A stretch of 64,000 nucleotides of DNA, taken from assembly GCA_963664705.1 (NCBI GenBank), contig OY761556.1:6688001-6752000 (forward strand). Direction: 5' to 3'. Each line of letters opens with the position of its first letter. The stretch's first letter is position 1. Below the pieces are notes generated by a model that was not told where the DNA came from, made no database searches, and worked only from the letters and a program-made list of their open reading frames with translations. The stretch comes from Acidobacteriota bacterium (GTDB lineage: Bacteria > Acidobacteriota > UBA6911). This document shows positions 49,493-60,100 of the stretch, piece after piece. The position numbers and the translations under genes are program-made.

Positions 49493-52033
49493 GTGAATAA
49501 CAACAGCTCCGCTATTCCCAAAGCCACCCAATCAAGCTCGCAATACCTGCCACCGCAGGATTACTGGGATGAAGCGGTCCTTCCCAGCGGTCACCCTCGA
49601 AGGCACTGGCGGAAGATTACGGCCGCGGTCGGAAGGATGGGACTGCCGCAGTTGGCCCGCGCATGGCAGGCAGGATGCCAAATTATCCAGGATACAGGGA
49701 TTGCCTATAACCTCGGCAGCAGCGGCCATTCGGACATTCCACTGTGGCGGATGGACCCCATTCCCCTGCTGATGAGTGCTGTTGAATGGAGCTGCATTGA
49801 AGAAGCAATCATCCAAAGAGCTGCATTGCTGAATTCGATTGTCGAAGATTTGTATGGCCCGCGAAAGCTGATTCACGAACGAAAGCTGCATTCAACACTG
49901 CTCTTCGACAACCCGCTATTTCTCCGTCCCTGCAACGGCGTATCTCCGGTCGGCGGAAAGTATATCCGCACCTATGCCGCAGATCTGGTTCGATCTTCCG
50001 ACGGAACATGGCGCGTTCTTTGTGATCGGACACAGGCACCGGAAGGAATGGGCTATGCGCTGGCAAACCGCATGGTCAGCGCGCGCACGCTCCCTTCGCT
50101 TTTCAGCCGATACCACATACGCCAGTTGACTCGATTTTTCGATGTCCGGCGTAACGCACTTCTGGAAGTCGGAAGCAACCGAGGTTCCACGCCGCGAATT
50201 GTGCTGATGACGGCAGGCTCACATAATGAAGCCTACTTTGAGCACTCGTCGCTCGCCGGACACTGGGCTTTCCCTTTGGTACAGGGGGAGGACCTGACAG
50301 TGCGGGATAGCCGTGTGTTTCTCCGAACGCTTGGCGGGCTGGAACCGGTCGATGTGATCCTGCGCCAAATGGAGGACGAGTATTGCGATCCGCTGGAGCT
50401 AAAGGGAGATTCGCAACTTGGCGTCCCAGGACTCCTCCATGCGGTTCGGAGCGGCCAGGTAGCGGTCGACAACGCGCTTGGCAGCGGCATCATGGAAACG
50501 CCGTCATACATGGCCTTCACGGGGGATTTGTGTCAACACATGCTCGGCGAAGCATTGCGGATCCCATCGATAAAAACCTGGTGGTGCGGAAGAAAAGCGG
50601 ACCGGGAATATGTACTCGATCACCTGGACCAGCTGATTATAGGTCCCGCTTTCAAAGGAGTTGAGCTCCAACAAAAGGCTCCCGCGCTGTTGAGCAGAGC
50701 CGATCGCAAGGAGATGGCGGAACGGATTGCCGCCCAGCCGGAAAGATATGTCGGTCAGGAAATTCTCAATTGCTCCACGGTTCCGGTCTTTGTAGAAAAC
50801 AAGCTGGTTCCGCAGCACCTGGTGCTGCGGGTATTTGCGGCATGGGATGGGCAGGGCTATACGGTTCTTCCTGGCGGCCTGGCGCGTCTCTCCAGTCAAG
50901 GCTCTTCCGCCGAAGTTTCCTCCCAACTGGGAAGCGGGAGCAAAGACACCTGGGTATTGGGCGATCCGGAAACTGCGGAACCGGTACCGGTGCCGATTCA
51001 TCTCCAGGCGGATTTCCGTACGAGAAGCGCAAGTCTGCCCAGCCGCATTGCGGACAACCTTTTCTGGCTGGGCCGATATGCCGAAAGAGTGGAATCATGC
51101 ATCAGACTGGTTCGCGCTCTGCTGCCGGCACTCTCGCGCGAGGCGGATTTCGGAAGAGCTGTTTCGCTCGAAATTGCGGTAGGGCTTCTCTCCGGCATGC
51201 GCTACCTTCCCGCCGAACTCGCCTCCGCATCGATCGGAGAACGGCATTACCAGGTAAGGCGTTTGCTTGCCAACATGATTCATGACTCCACGCGCACCGG
51301 AGGCTTGAGCTGGAATCTACACGAAATGTGCCGTGTAGCCTGGCATCTTAAAGAGCGCCTTTCTGCCGACACCTGGCGTGTTCTCCAGAAATTAAGGGGA
51401 GATGTCATGGCATCCGCCCTGATCGATGCCGACCAGCGCTACTCGGAGGACATCAGTATCCTGGATGGTGCCATTGTGACACTCTCTTCATTTTCCGGGC
51501 TCATGATGGAGAACACAACGCGCGGACATGGCTGGCGTTTTCTCGAGATGGGCAAACGACTCGAACGGGCCCTCCAGATACTCGAGCTCCTTCATGCAGG
51601 GATGGTGGAAAATCCTTCCGATACCGCGCCCTACCTGCAGCTGCTGTTGCAAATTGCCGACAGTACCATTACATACCGCACGCGATATATGGCCATCGTC
51701 AACACCAACTATGTACTGGAACTGCTGTTGTCGGATGAAACCAATCCCCGTTCCGTCGCGTTTCAGCTTGAGAGTCTCCTGGAACATGTCAGCAAGCTGC
51801 CGGAGCATGAAACTGAAGGCCGCTACCCGCAGGAACAGCGGATTGCGCTCAAAGCTTTGACCGCTGTCCGCCTGGCATCCATGCAGGAACTCGCATCTCA
51901 CGACTCCATCAGCTGCTATGCATCGTTGAACACGCTCCTGGAAAGCCTCAAGGCGGATCTCTACGGCCTTTCCGATACGCTCACCGCGCAATTTCTTCGC
52001 CATGTTGCGGTGTCCCGGTTCACGACTTCCTAG
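49493..52033 (+). CDS. Circularly permuted type 2 ATP-grasp plus alpha-E fusion
   Basis: DRTQAP.G.GYAL.NR, YFEH, DPLEL, PGGLAR, SKDTWV, then PSRIADNLFWLGRYAER and NPRS. Confidence 0.93.
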   Translation: MNNNSSAIPKATQSSSQYLPPQDYWDEAVLPSGHPRRHWRKITAAVGRMGLPQLARAWQAGCQIIQDTGIAYNLGSSGHSDIPLWRMDPIPLLMSAVEWSCIEEAIIQRAALLNSIVEDLYGPRKLIHERKLHSTLLFDNPLFLRPCNGVSPVGGKYIRTYAADLVRSSDGTWRVLCDRTQAPEGMGYALANRMVSARTLPSLFSRYHIRQLTRFFDVRRNALLEVGSNRGSTPRIVLMTAGSHNEAYFEHSSLAGHWAFPLVQGEDLTVRDSRVFLRTLGGLEPVDVILRQMEDEYCDPLELKGDSQLGVPGLLHAVRSGQVAVDNALGSGIMETPSYMAFTGDLCQHMLGEALRIPSIKTWWCGRKADREYVLDHLDQLIIGPAFKGVELQQKAPALLSRADRKEMAERIAAQPERYVGQEILNCSTVPVFVENKLVPQHLVLRVFAAWDGQGYTVLPGGLARLSSQGSSAEVSSQLGSGSKDTWVLGDPETAEPVPVPIHLQADFRTRSASLPSRIADNLFWLGRYAERVESCIRLVRALLPALSREADFGRAVSLEIAVGLLSGMRYLPAELASASIGERHYQVRRLLANMIHDSTRTGGLSWNLHEMCRVAWHLKERLSADTWRVLQKLRGDVMASALIDADQRYSEDISILDGAIVTLSSFSGLMMENTTRGHGWRFLEMGKRLERALQILELLHAGMVENPSDTAPYLQLLLQIADSTITYRTRYMAIVNTNYVLELLLSDETNPRSVAFQLESLLEHVSKLPEHETEGRYPQEQRIALKALTAVRLASMQELASHDSISCYASLNTLLESLKADLYGLSDTLTAQFLRHVAVSRFTTS

Positions 52034-52040
52034 GAGATAC

Positions 52041-52910
52041 ATGCGATATCGAGTGCACCACGAGACGCGTTATACCTATGAAGAACCCGTTTCACAGTGC
52101 TTTAATGAGTTTCATCTGACTCCTCGAGATACTCCCGGTCAGAAGGTGCTCGAGACAGCGGTCCGGGTTACTCCCTGGCCCTCGATTTTCCAGCACAGAT
52201 CGGATTATTTTGGCAACAATGCCACCGCTGTGGAAATTCTTGAACGCCACAAATATTTTGAGGCCGTCGCGGACAGCCTGATTGATGTCGAACCTGCCTC
52301 GCTGTCGAACACGATTTCCTGTCCATGGGAGCATGTGCGCGAATTATTGCATGCGCAGGAGAGTGAAGAAACGCTCGAGGCATCGGAGTTCACATGCGAA
52401 TCCCACTTTGTCCCGTCGATCCGCGAACTCGAGGCCTACGCCAAACCAACCTTCATCGCCAACCGCCCCATTGTGGAAGCCGTCGCCGAACTTTCCCATC
52501 GAATTTACACAGAGTTCCGATACATGCCGCAATCTACATCTATTGAAATGCCGCTCGGGACCATTCTGAGAAATCGTCGTGGAGTGTGCCAGGATTATGC
52601 ACATATCATGATCGGGGCGCTTCGCAGCCATCGGTTGGCGGCGCGGTACGTAAGCGGATATCTGCGCAGCAACCCGGGGTTTCATGGTGCGGAGGCTTCG
52701 CACGCATGGGTCGCCGTCTGGATCCCCGGGTACGGATGGATGGCGGTTGACCCGACAAATGACGTGGTCCCCTCCGATGCACATGTAACGCTCGCCTGGG
52801 GCCGCGATTATGCCGACGTCGCTCCAATAAGAGGCCTGACCCTTGGGGGGGGAGCCCATAAGGTAGAAGTCGCCGTGCGGGTGGAACCGATTGCCCCCGC
52901 CGCGAAGTGA
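52041..52910 (+). CDS. Transglutaminase family protein
   Basis: H.T.Y.Y N-terminal domain; GVCQDYAH, ARYVSGY, SHAW, DPTN, GRDY.D. Confidence 0.95.
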   Translation: MRYRVHHETRYTYEEPVSQCFNEFHLTPRDTPGQKVLETAVRVTPWPSIFQHRSDYFGNNATAVEILERHKYFEAVADSLIDVEPASLSNTISCPWEHVRELLHAQESEETLEASEFTCESHFVPSIRELEAYAKPTFIANRPIVEAVAELSHRIYTEFRYMPQSTSIEMPLGTILRNRRGVCQDYAHIMIGALRSHRLAARYVSGYLRSNPGFHGAEASHAWVAVWIPGYGWMAVDPTNDVVPSDAHVTLAWGRDYADVAPIRGLTLGGGAHKVEVAVRVEPIAPAAK

Positions 52911-53227
52911 AGCAATCCTCTATCAACCGTGTCGGCTGACGGGAAAAGTCTCACCAAAAAGGCGGATGGCAGCGACTTAAAAGCCACCATTAGTTTGGTT
53001 TAACAGCAATGACCCTGGAGCTTTCGCCGGGCACTCAAGAGCAAGTAATTGCAAAAATGAGCCGCTCTGCGGGGCGGCCCGCCGCTTGGGATACCGTCGA
53101 AATAGACTGGGGACGTCCCATGCATTCACCTGGTTTTGCTGAATGATTCGGGGCTTTATTCGCGAGCACGCAGGTAAAAGCATGGGGCGTACCCAATTTT
53201 TATGCCCAGTTGCTTCGGACTGTAGCG

Positions 53228-53788
53228 CTACTGAAGGTAGCCGGACCAGAACACGCGCGCGTAGCAGTCGGCGTTCATGAAGAATCCGCGTTCGGTCGTA
53301 TCGTTCTTGGGAGCAAATCCGCTATGGAGGTGCAGTTCCCCTACGGGCTGGGTTGTGCTCAAGTGAAACATGGTGACCGGGCTGAAGAAACCGCCTGCGG
53401 TCTCCTCTATCCAGATCTCGCACGATTCCGGGCCGCTCAGAAAGCGCTCAATCCTCACGTCGGTGATCACTGCATTGCTTGGAATGGTCATGTACCGTTC
53501 ATTCCAATTGGAGGAGAGCGAGATCAGCCCGTCTGCATGGATGAGCGTCGGCGATGTAACCGTCACGCTACCCGACACCTTCTGCACGGCAGGCAGGTTC
53601 GCAACCGTCACGCTTCCGGAGACTGGTTGTACCGCGGGCAGGTTGGTGACGCTCACATTTCCGGTGACCGGGACCGGATTCGCGGCGGTGTTGTCAACGG
53701 TGACTGTCTTGGAATCGGCCGCGAAGGCCATGAAAGCGGTCAAAATCGAAGCCGAGATGACACCAAATACAACCAGTTTCTTCTTCAT
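53228..53788 (-). CDS. Exported protein with 14-aa repeats
   Basis: Signal peptide MKKK...AFA; PVTGNVSVTNLPAVQ/PVSGSVTVANLPAVQ/KVSGSVTVT; GGAG upstream. Confidence 0.7.
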   Translation of the reverse strand: MKKKLVVFGVISASILTAFMAFAADSKTVTVDNTAANPVPVTGNVSVTNLPAVQPVSGSVTVANLPAVQKVSGSVTVTSPTLIHADGLISLSSNWNERYMTIPSNAVITDVRIERFLSGPESCEIWIEETAGGFFSPVTMFHLSTTQPVGELHLHSGFAPKNDTTERGFFMNADCYARVFWSGYLQ

Positions 53789-54001
53789 GTTTTTTTTCTC
53801 TCCCCAAAAGGATTCGGTTTTATTCTTCACTCAAGTGAAAGATGCACCACTCAAAACGCCCCGGCGGATTGCAGTTGGGCCCTGACGTGATCCTCGTCGC
53901 GATACATCCATTGGCGTGTATCAGTGATAGGAGTCCGTGATGCCGCAAGCCAGCAAAAATGCGCATGAGTCTCTGGCACCTTCTAGACTGAGATCAATTT
54001 A

Positions 54002-54017
54002 TGCAAAAGATGTGCCA
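54002..54017 (-). promoter_or_regulatory. Sigma54 -24/-12 promoter
   Basis: Minus strand TGGCAC-ATCTT-TTGCA, facing the 53788 gene, with AT-rich DNA upstream. Confidence 0.75.
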
Positions 54018-54419
54018 TCCTATTCCTCCCCGCTGCAGACATGACTAATTACGGCTAACTATTGATTTTGATGAGACTTATGGATGAGTGCATCGCGAAC
54101 CGCTGGTTGGCTTCATTGTCGGCAATTGAAATAGTGTAAAAACACTTTACTTTGAATTATGAAAGTAAATGTCATATAGGGCGTAACCTATAGAATATAA
54201 TAAAATAGATCTGCTAACGCCGGTGTAGTATTTTTTTTACAAAAAATAGAGTGAATTACCTAATATTCTTTGGGGCTGTGGTGATTAATCGCGCTCCTCA
54301 CTACGCAAGTCAGTTTTGAAGAAGCGGATCCGCTTTTTTGTGATTAGCCTTGGCTGGCGGAGCTATTTGGAGGTAAATAAGGATTCAGCTTTTTGGGGCA
54401 ATAAGGAGCGGCAATCAAA

Positions 54420-54905
54420 ATGGAAATCAAAGTCATTGAGGCGGATTTAGCGCAAACCGAACATCAACAGGCGATTCTGGACCTGCTCGACATGTACGCA
54501 TGCGATCCAATGGGCGATGGCAAGCCGCTGGCCGCCGAGGTGAAACGCAATCTCATTCCCGGTCTGCAACAGCATCCAACAACAATAGTGTTCCTCGCAT
54601 ACCATGCTACGGAGCCGGTCGGCCTTGCCATCTGCTTCCGCGGCTTCTCGACATTTGCGGCCAGACCGCTCATCAACATTCACGATCTGGCAGTTTCACC
54701 CGCTCACAGAGGCCACGGGATCGGGCGCAAACTCCTCGATGCCATTGCGGACAAGGGTCGGACAATCGGCTGCTGCAAGCTTACCCTCGAGGTTCTTGAG
54801 AACAATAGGCGTGCGCGCCAACTGTACGAAGCCACTGGATTTCGACAGGCAACATACCAGCCTGAGGCCGGTGGCGCGCTGTTCATGGCCCTGCTTCTCA
54901 AATGA
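54420..54905 (+). CDS. GNAT family N-acetyltransferase
   Basis: IHDLAV.P.HRGHGIG, LEV..NN..A..LYE..GF. Confidence 0.93.
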   Translation: MEIKVIEADLAQTEHQQAILDLLDMYACDPMGDGKPLAAEVKRNLIPGLQQHPTTIVFLAYHATEPVGLAICFRGFSTFAARPLINIHDLAVSPAHRGHGIGRKLLDAIADKGRTIGCCKLTLEVLENNRRARQLYEATGFRQATYQPEAGGALFMALLLK

Positions 54906-55120
54906 GGCATTTTGAGGCCTATTATTTGTAGGATTTCAGATTTCAGTGCCACCGCTTTCGGCTTTTATGGTTTTCAAAGGCGGTAAGCTGCCGCCTCCAA
55001 GGTTCTCCCTTTGGGCACGCTCAGGCCAGCAGAATGCAGGCGCTTTCATGTTATTCTCTTGTTTATGACGGCTCACAAGCGAATATGCCGGAAATCTTCT
55101 CGCGATCAGGAAGGGAAAAT

Positions 55121-55885
55121 ATGAAACACGGGAAATTATGGTTGGTCTCGATGGCTTTAACGCTCCTTGCAGCATCCTTTGTTTGGGTATTACAGGCCAG
55201 GGCTCAGACTGGAGAAGTCAAAGAGAAGCCCCCGGTATACTCCTACATTGCCGTGTGGAATATTCCCCGCGACCAATGGCAGGCCAGAGAGAGCCAGGCC
55301 GCGGCGGCCCGGAAGATCCTGGATCGGTCTATTTCCGACGGGACCATCGTGGCTTATGGATTCGATGAAAACCCGTTGCACGACACTTTTTGGCTTTCGC
55401 TGTCCAAGGCAGGACTGCAGAACGTGCGTGACCAGTTCCAGAAGGCGGGTATATCTGTTGCTCCCAAGCAGGCCGGAGCCGCAGCTCCACCAGTGAGCAT
55501 TCTTGCCAGCCGTTATTACAACTGGCATACGGGCGTGTGGAAGAATGCCTATGTTCATGTTGGAATATATAAGATGCGCCCAGAGGCTCCGAAGGATGTT
55601 GTCGATATTCTGAGCAAAAACTATTTTGCGCCGCCGCTGGAGAAGATGCTCGCCGACGGATCGATCTTTGAATGGGAAACCGACGTTTATGCTGATCCCC
55701 AAGATTCTCCCGGGACGTTCCTGATTGCCTATCTGTCCGCCACTTCCGATGGTCTGGATAAAGCCAACAACGCCGTGCAGAAGATACTGAAGTCTAATCC
55801 GCCGAAAGGTCCGGCGTTCGATACACTGGTGGATGCAAGTGCGAGCCGTGATGTCGTGGTGCGCTCGTACGCCGCGTACAAGTAG
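55121..55885 (+). CDS. Hypothetical exported protein
   Basis: Signal peptide ending ARA-Q; internal duplication (SDGTIVAYG / ADGSIFEWE). Confidence 0.7.
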   Translation: MKHGKLWLVSMALTLLAASFVWVLQARAQTGEVKEKPPVYSYIAVWNIPRDQWQARESQAAAARKILDRSISDGTIVAYGFDENPLHDTFWLSLSKAGLQNVRDQFQKAGISVAPKQAGAAAPPVSILASRYYNWHTGVWKNAYVHVGIYKMRPEAPKDVVDILSKNYFAPPLEKMLADGSIFEWETDVYADPQDSPGTFLIAYLSATSDGLDKANNAVQKILKSNPPKGPAFDTLVDASASRDVVVRSYAAYK

Positions 55886-55913
55886 TTGGCAATTAACAGG
55901 TCTCGGACCGGGG

Positions 55914-56876
55914 TTAGTGGACTTTGAACATCGCAGGGTTGATGTTTCCGTTTTGCATCCATTGCTCTGCCGTCAGACTCCAGTGACCCAGGAACGAGCT
56001 CCCCTGCCCTTCAACGGAGTATTCCAGCATATAGCTGTGCGGCAAAACCAGGCTCCTGGTTTCGTTGCCCGTGGTGTCCTTGAATCGAACTTCCTTAAAG
56101 TTGTCGAACCGCTCGACCAGCCGATAATGGGAATCTCCGATCTGGTCCTGGATGCCTGCGTTTCGGGAGATCGCTACGGAGCCTTGTCCGCTGGCCATCT
56201 TTGCGGCATTGGGAACTCCTCGCGTGACCGTCTGGCCGGCCTGCAATGCCTGCTCCCCTTGCACCACCAGCGTGTATTCCGTTTTCACGTGACGAAACGT
56301 ATCGGGTTCGAAGAACAGTTTAACCTTAATGTTGTTCAACCCGCCCTTGGGGGTGTACTCGAGTTCATGCAGATCCCGCCCGTCTGTTCGGGTGCTGGCA
56401 TATTTAAGAGAGGGGGTTCTTTTCCCGATGTCCAGCAACGGCCAGCCCAGCGACCAGACTCCTCCCAGCAGCCCTTCCCGCATCACTCCCTTGTAGCGAA
56501 AGATAAAGTCGCCCAACGGGGATCGCTGGCCCGGGCTGATGTTGGCTACCTCTACCTCCGTTCCATCGAAGGCGAATTGCTCTCCGGGGTAGTCCAAGCC
56601 ACCGTACTTAAGGATGATGCTCAAATTATTCCCCGCAGTAATCACCATTGAACTGCCGGCCAGATTTCCAACCCCTCCCTGGACAAATTCCATGGAAGAC
56701 TTTCCGCTCATGCCCCGGTTTTTGATTTTTCCTAGGAGACCCGGATCTCCTATGGATTTCAGATGGGCGGCCACGACTTCTTCAGCCGTAAGCCCTTTAT
56801 CCTTGGCAAAGGATTGCGCCATGCCCGACAGAACAAGAGCAAACGCAATGAAGAGGTGGACCACCTTTGTTTTCAT
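55914..56876 (-). CDS. Exported beta-rich protein (possibly LolA-like)
   Basis: Signal peptide; TAEEVVAAHLKSIG, LFFEPDTFRHVK, terminal INPAMF; GGAG RBS. Confidence 0.65.
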   Translation of the reverse strand: MKTKVVHLFIAFALVLSGMAQSFAKDKGLTAEEVVAAHLKSIGDPGLLGKIKNRGMSGKSSMEFVQGGVGNLAGSSMVITAGNNLSIILKYGGLDYPGEQFAFDGTEVEVANISPGQRSPLGDFIFRYKGVMREGLLGGVWSLGWPLLDIGKRTPSLKYASTRTDGRDLHELEYTPKGGLNNIKVKLFFEPDTFRHVKTEYTLVVQGEQALQAGQTVTRGVPNAAKMASGQGSVAISRNAGIQDQIGDSHYRLVERFDNFKEVRFKDTTGNETRSLVLPHSYMLEYSVEGQGSSFLGHWSLTAEQWMQNGNINPAMFKVH

Positions 56877-57134
56877 TGTCATCTCCAACAGTTTGAAACA
56901 ATCCTGGGCGCGCCGCCGTCCCGCCTGATTCCGCATGATAATTATACTGAGCCCTGCGACGCGAGTGAATCGCCAGGCTCTCCGGGGCTGATATGTATTG
57001 CTCAGCGAGGTTCATCGGCGACATGGAAGTGGCCGCGCCCTTGCCGGCGAGACGCCTGACGGGACAGCGGCGCTCCCATTTGCCTCTTTCAGGGGTTGCC
57101 CCCGCCGAACTGATCGACGGGGGCGTTTGCGAAA

Positions 57135-60100
57135 TTAGAAGTCAAAGCGCGCCATTGCCTGGAGCGTGCGCCCTCCGACCTTATAGCTGTACTGCCCGAT
57201 AGGAGTGGTACCATTGACGTTCATGCTGGGAGCGGTCGGGAAGGTTACTCTCGTTCCCGATGAACCCAGGGTGCCGGATGCAAACGGATGATTGAAGACG
57301 TTCGTGATATCCGCGCGCAGCCGGAAGCTTTTGCTTTCACTGATCGCCACCGTTTTCGACAGGGACATATCCACATTCCATCTTACGAGGTTGCGGTAAG
57401 AGTTGTAGCCCATGTTTCCCTGTTTTCCCGGCGTCGGATTCATCAGCACGATGTTTCCGGACTTGCTGTCAACAATCGCCTGCAGCGTACACAGCGACTG
57501 GATGCTGCCGTCGATGCTGTTGCATTGCGGGTCTTTGGTGAACGTATAGCGATTGGCGAAGAGGCTGCCATTCGCGGCTCCGTTCGGCCAGGAGACCGCA
57601 ACGGCTGCGGGATCGATTCCGCCGTTGACGATATCCGGAGTGCAATTGCCATAAAGCCCGCAGAAGCTGTTACTGGTAGTACCTGCGGTGCCGGTAGTCA
57701 GATTCAATGGAGCACCGCTTTGAACCGTGGTGATCCACCCGACCTGCCACCCGCCGATGGTTTTGGCCAGGGCTCCCTTCGACTTCGACCCGATCAGCCG
57801 GTTCGGGCCGAATGGCAGATCAAAGGTACCGTAGGTTACCCAATTGTGCGGGCGATCCGAATCCAACAAGACATACCCGGTTCTCAAATTACGGGGATCC
57901 GGGCTGAGACCGCCGCTGTTCCCCATGTTCTTGGACCAGGTATAGGTTGTCTGGAAGTATATTCCGTGAGTCGGCCTGAGAGTGACCTGACCCTGGAATG
58001 AGTGATAGTTGGAATAGCCCTGGTTTTCATATAGCGTAGCCGTGGCAAACTGTGGGCTTGCTTTGATGAAGTTGACCGGGAATCCATTATCCTCGATGTA
58101 CTTGCCCCTGGGATCGCCGGCAATCGACGACCTTGTATATACATTCAACGCATTGGCCAGCCCCTGGTAGTTGCCTTGAGCCAGCATGAGATTCAGGTTG
58201 GTATACGCACCCGATTCCGTGAACGGCAGGTTAAAGGTCGGCCAGGCTGCGCTTCTCAATGCCGCCCCGCCTTTGCATGTTGAGCCGTTAACCGTGCAGC
58301 CGCCAAATGGATTCAGGTTCAACCCGTTCAGAAGCTGATCCAGCAATACCGGATCCTCACCCCGTCTGGCCGCGTTGAAGGCCTCAAGCAATCCATTGGT
58401 CAGGAAGTTGGGCACATTGATGTTTTTCGAGCTGAAATTGTGCCGCGTCAAAGTACCGATATACCGTAGGTCCACCGTAAGGTTCGAAGTCACGTTGCGT
58501 GTGACCGCGAAGGTCAGGTTCTGGACGTACGGATATTTGTAATCCGGCGCGTATGCAGTGACGCCCTGCTGTCTATCGTAAAGAGTAAATGTTGTAAGAC
58601 CGGGCGAAACCGGCGTTGAAAGGGGAACTCCGTTGGAGAACAAAGAGTTTGTCTTGAGGTCTTTGATCCCGAAGTAATCATTCGACGCCCATGTGCCGCC
58701 GTTGTTCCAGGTGTTGAAATAGTTGAAGCCCGGGCTCTGACCGGCCGCGCTCTGGATATTGCCGAAATTGCCCGACATGGAGATGTAGCTGATCTGATAC
58801 CCTCCACGGACAGTCGTCTTGCCTTTGCCCAGCCATGGGAGTTCATAGGCAAATCCGACCGCCGGACCAATGTTTTTCCAGTTCTTTGGATAGAGATATT
58901 CGCCGGGATTCTGTCCGGATGGGCCAATGGAACTCAGCGATACCAGGTTTCCAGTAGCGGTGTCACCCTTTTTGATGGGTGTGAACCAATGGTCATAGCC
59001 GCCGCTCGATCCGAAGATGGAACCGCCGCCGCCTTTAAGCCCTACCGTCATCCCGTTGCCGAGGTACGGCACGCCAAAGTAATCCCAACGTATGCCGAGA
59101 TTGAGCGTCAGATCCGGACGGATCTTCCAGTCATCCTTCACGAAGAACGAGAGTTCTTTCATGATGGTGTTGCGCACCATGTAAGGTTCTTTCTGCGGAT
59201 CGTTCCAGGCGGAGGCGTTGATGGTGTTGACATAGCGCACCTGCTTTACCGAAGCCAGAGATCCCGACATGAAGACCAGCAGATCCCTCATCGCCCGCTT
59301 GTTGCCCGAACTGGCGCTGGAGCCGGCAATCGTTCCGGTTACGTTGTCGAAGCTCTGCGGCGTAAGATTTCCCACCTCTCCTCCCTGGTACTCCGGGAAG
59401 CTATCCCCCCAGGAAAACGACGGGCTTATCAGCCAGGCCGCCTTGCTCTCAGAGGAATTGCGACGGAACTCTCCGCCAAACCTTAGTGAATGGGTACCCT
59501 TCACCCAACTGACCGTATCGCCCCAAGACCACCGGGGGCTGCTGTCGATCATGTCGCCGATGGCCCAGAAACCGCGGCTGCCGTAAGGAGTGCTGAGGTT
59601 GGCAGAACCATCGGTTCTGAACGAGCCGGTCAGTCCCATCCCGGGCTCTATGACTCCCACTTCTCCATTGGCCAGCGTGCCGAATTGCGCTAGATATTTC
59701 TTGAGGCCATCGCCGTTGGAAGGTCTCGTCGCCGGCGATAAAACGTTGCTGCCGGTTCGGGACATTCCGAACTTGAATTCATTGAGAAGAGTCGGACGGA
59801 AGTTTGAAAGGAAATTGATGGTTAGAACTTGCGGTTGACGGTTGCCGCCGCCGGACCAGGAGTTTTCGGGCCATGTTTTGAGAGTGTCATCGGCATGGTC
59901 CTTTTCAAAGCTCCAGGATCCGTTGACGCGATGCATCTGGTTGAAATTGTGGTCAATTCGAACGTTGACCTGCTTGCGGTAGGTGTCTTCTCCGACGCCA
60001 TACAGGTTGTCGGCTCCTTCCGCGGTGCGGGTCCAGCGATAGCCTGCTGTGTTCAAGCCGTCGCCAACATCATAATTGTTCGCTGCCGGCAGCTTCTGCA

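Noticed and set aside
52911-53227. Riboswitch or ncRNA between convergent genes
   Set aside because: Only REP-like inverted repeats (ggggacgtcccatgc...gcatggggcgtaccc) are visible, and no known RNA motif was recognised. An Rfam scan would settle it.
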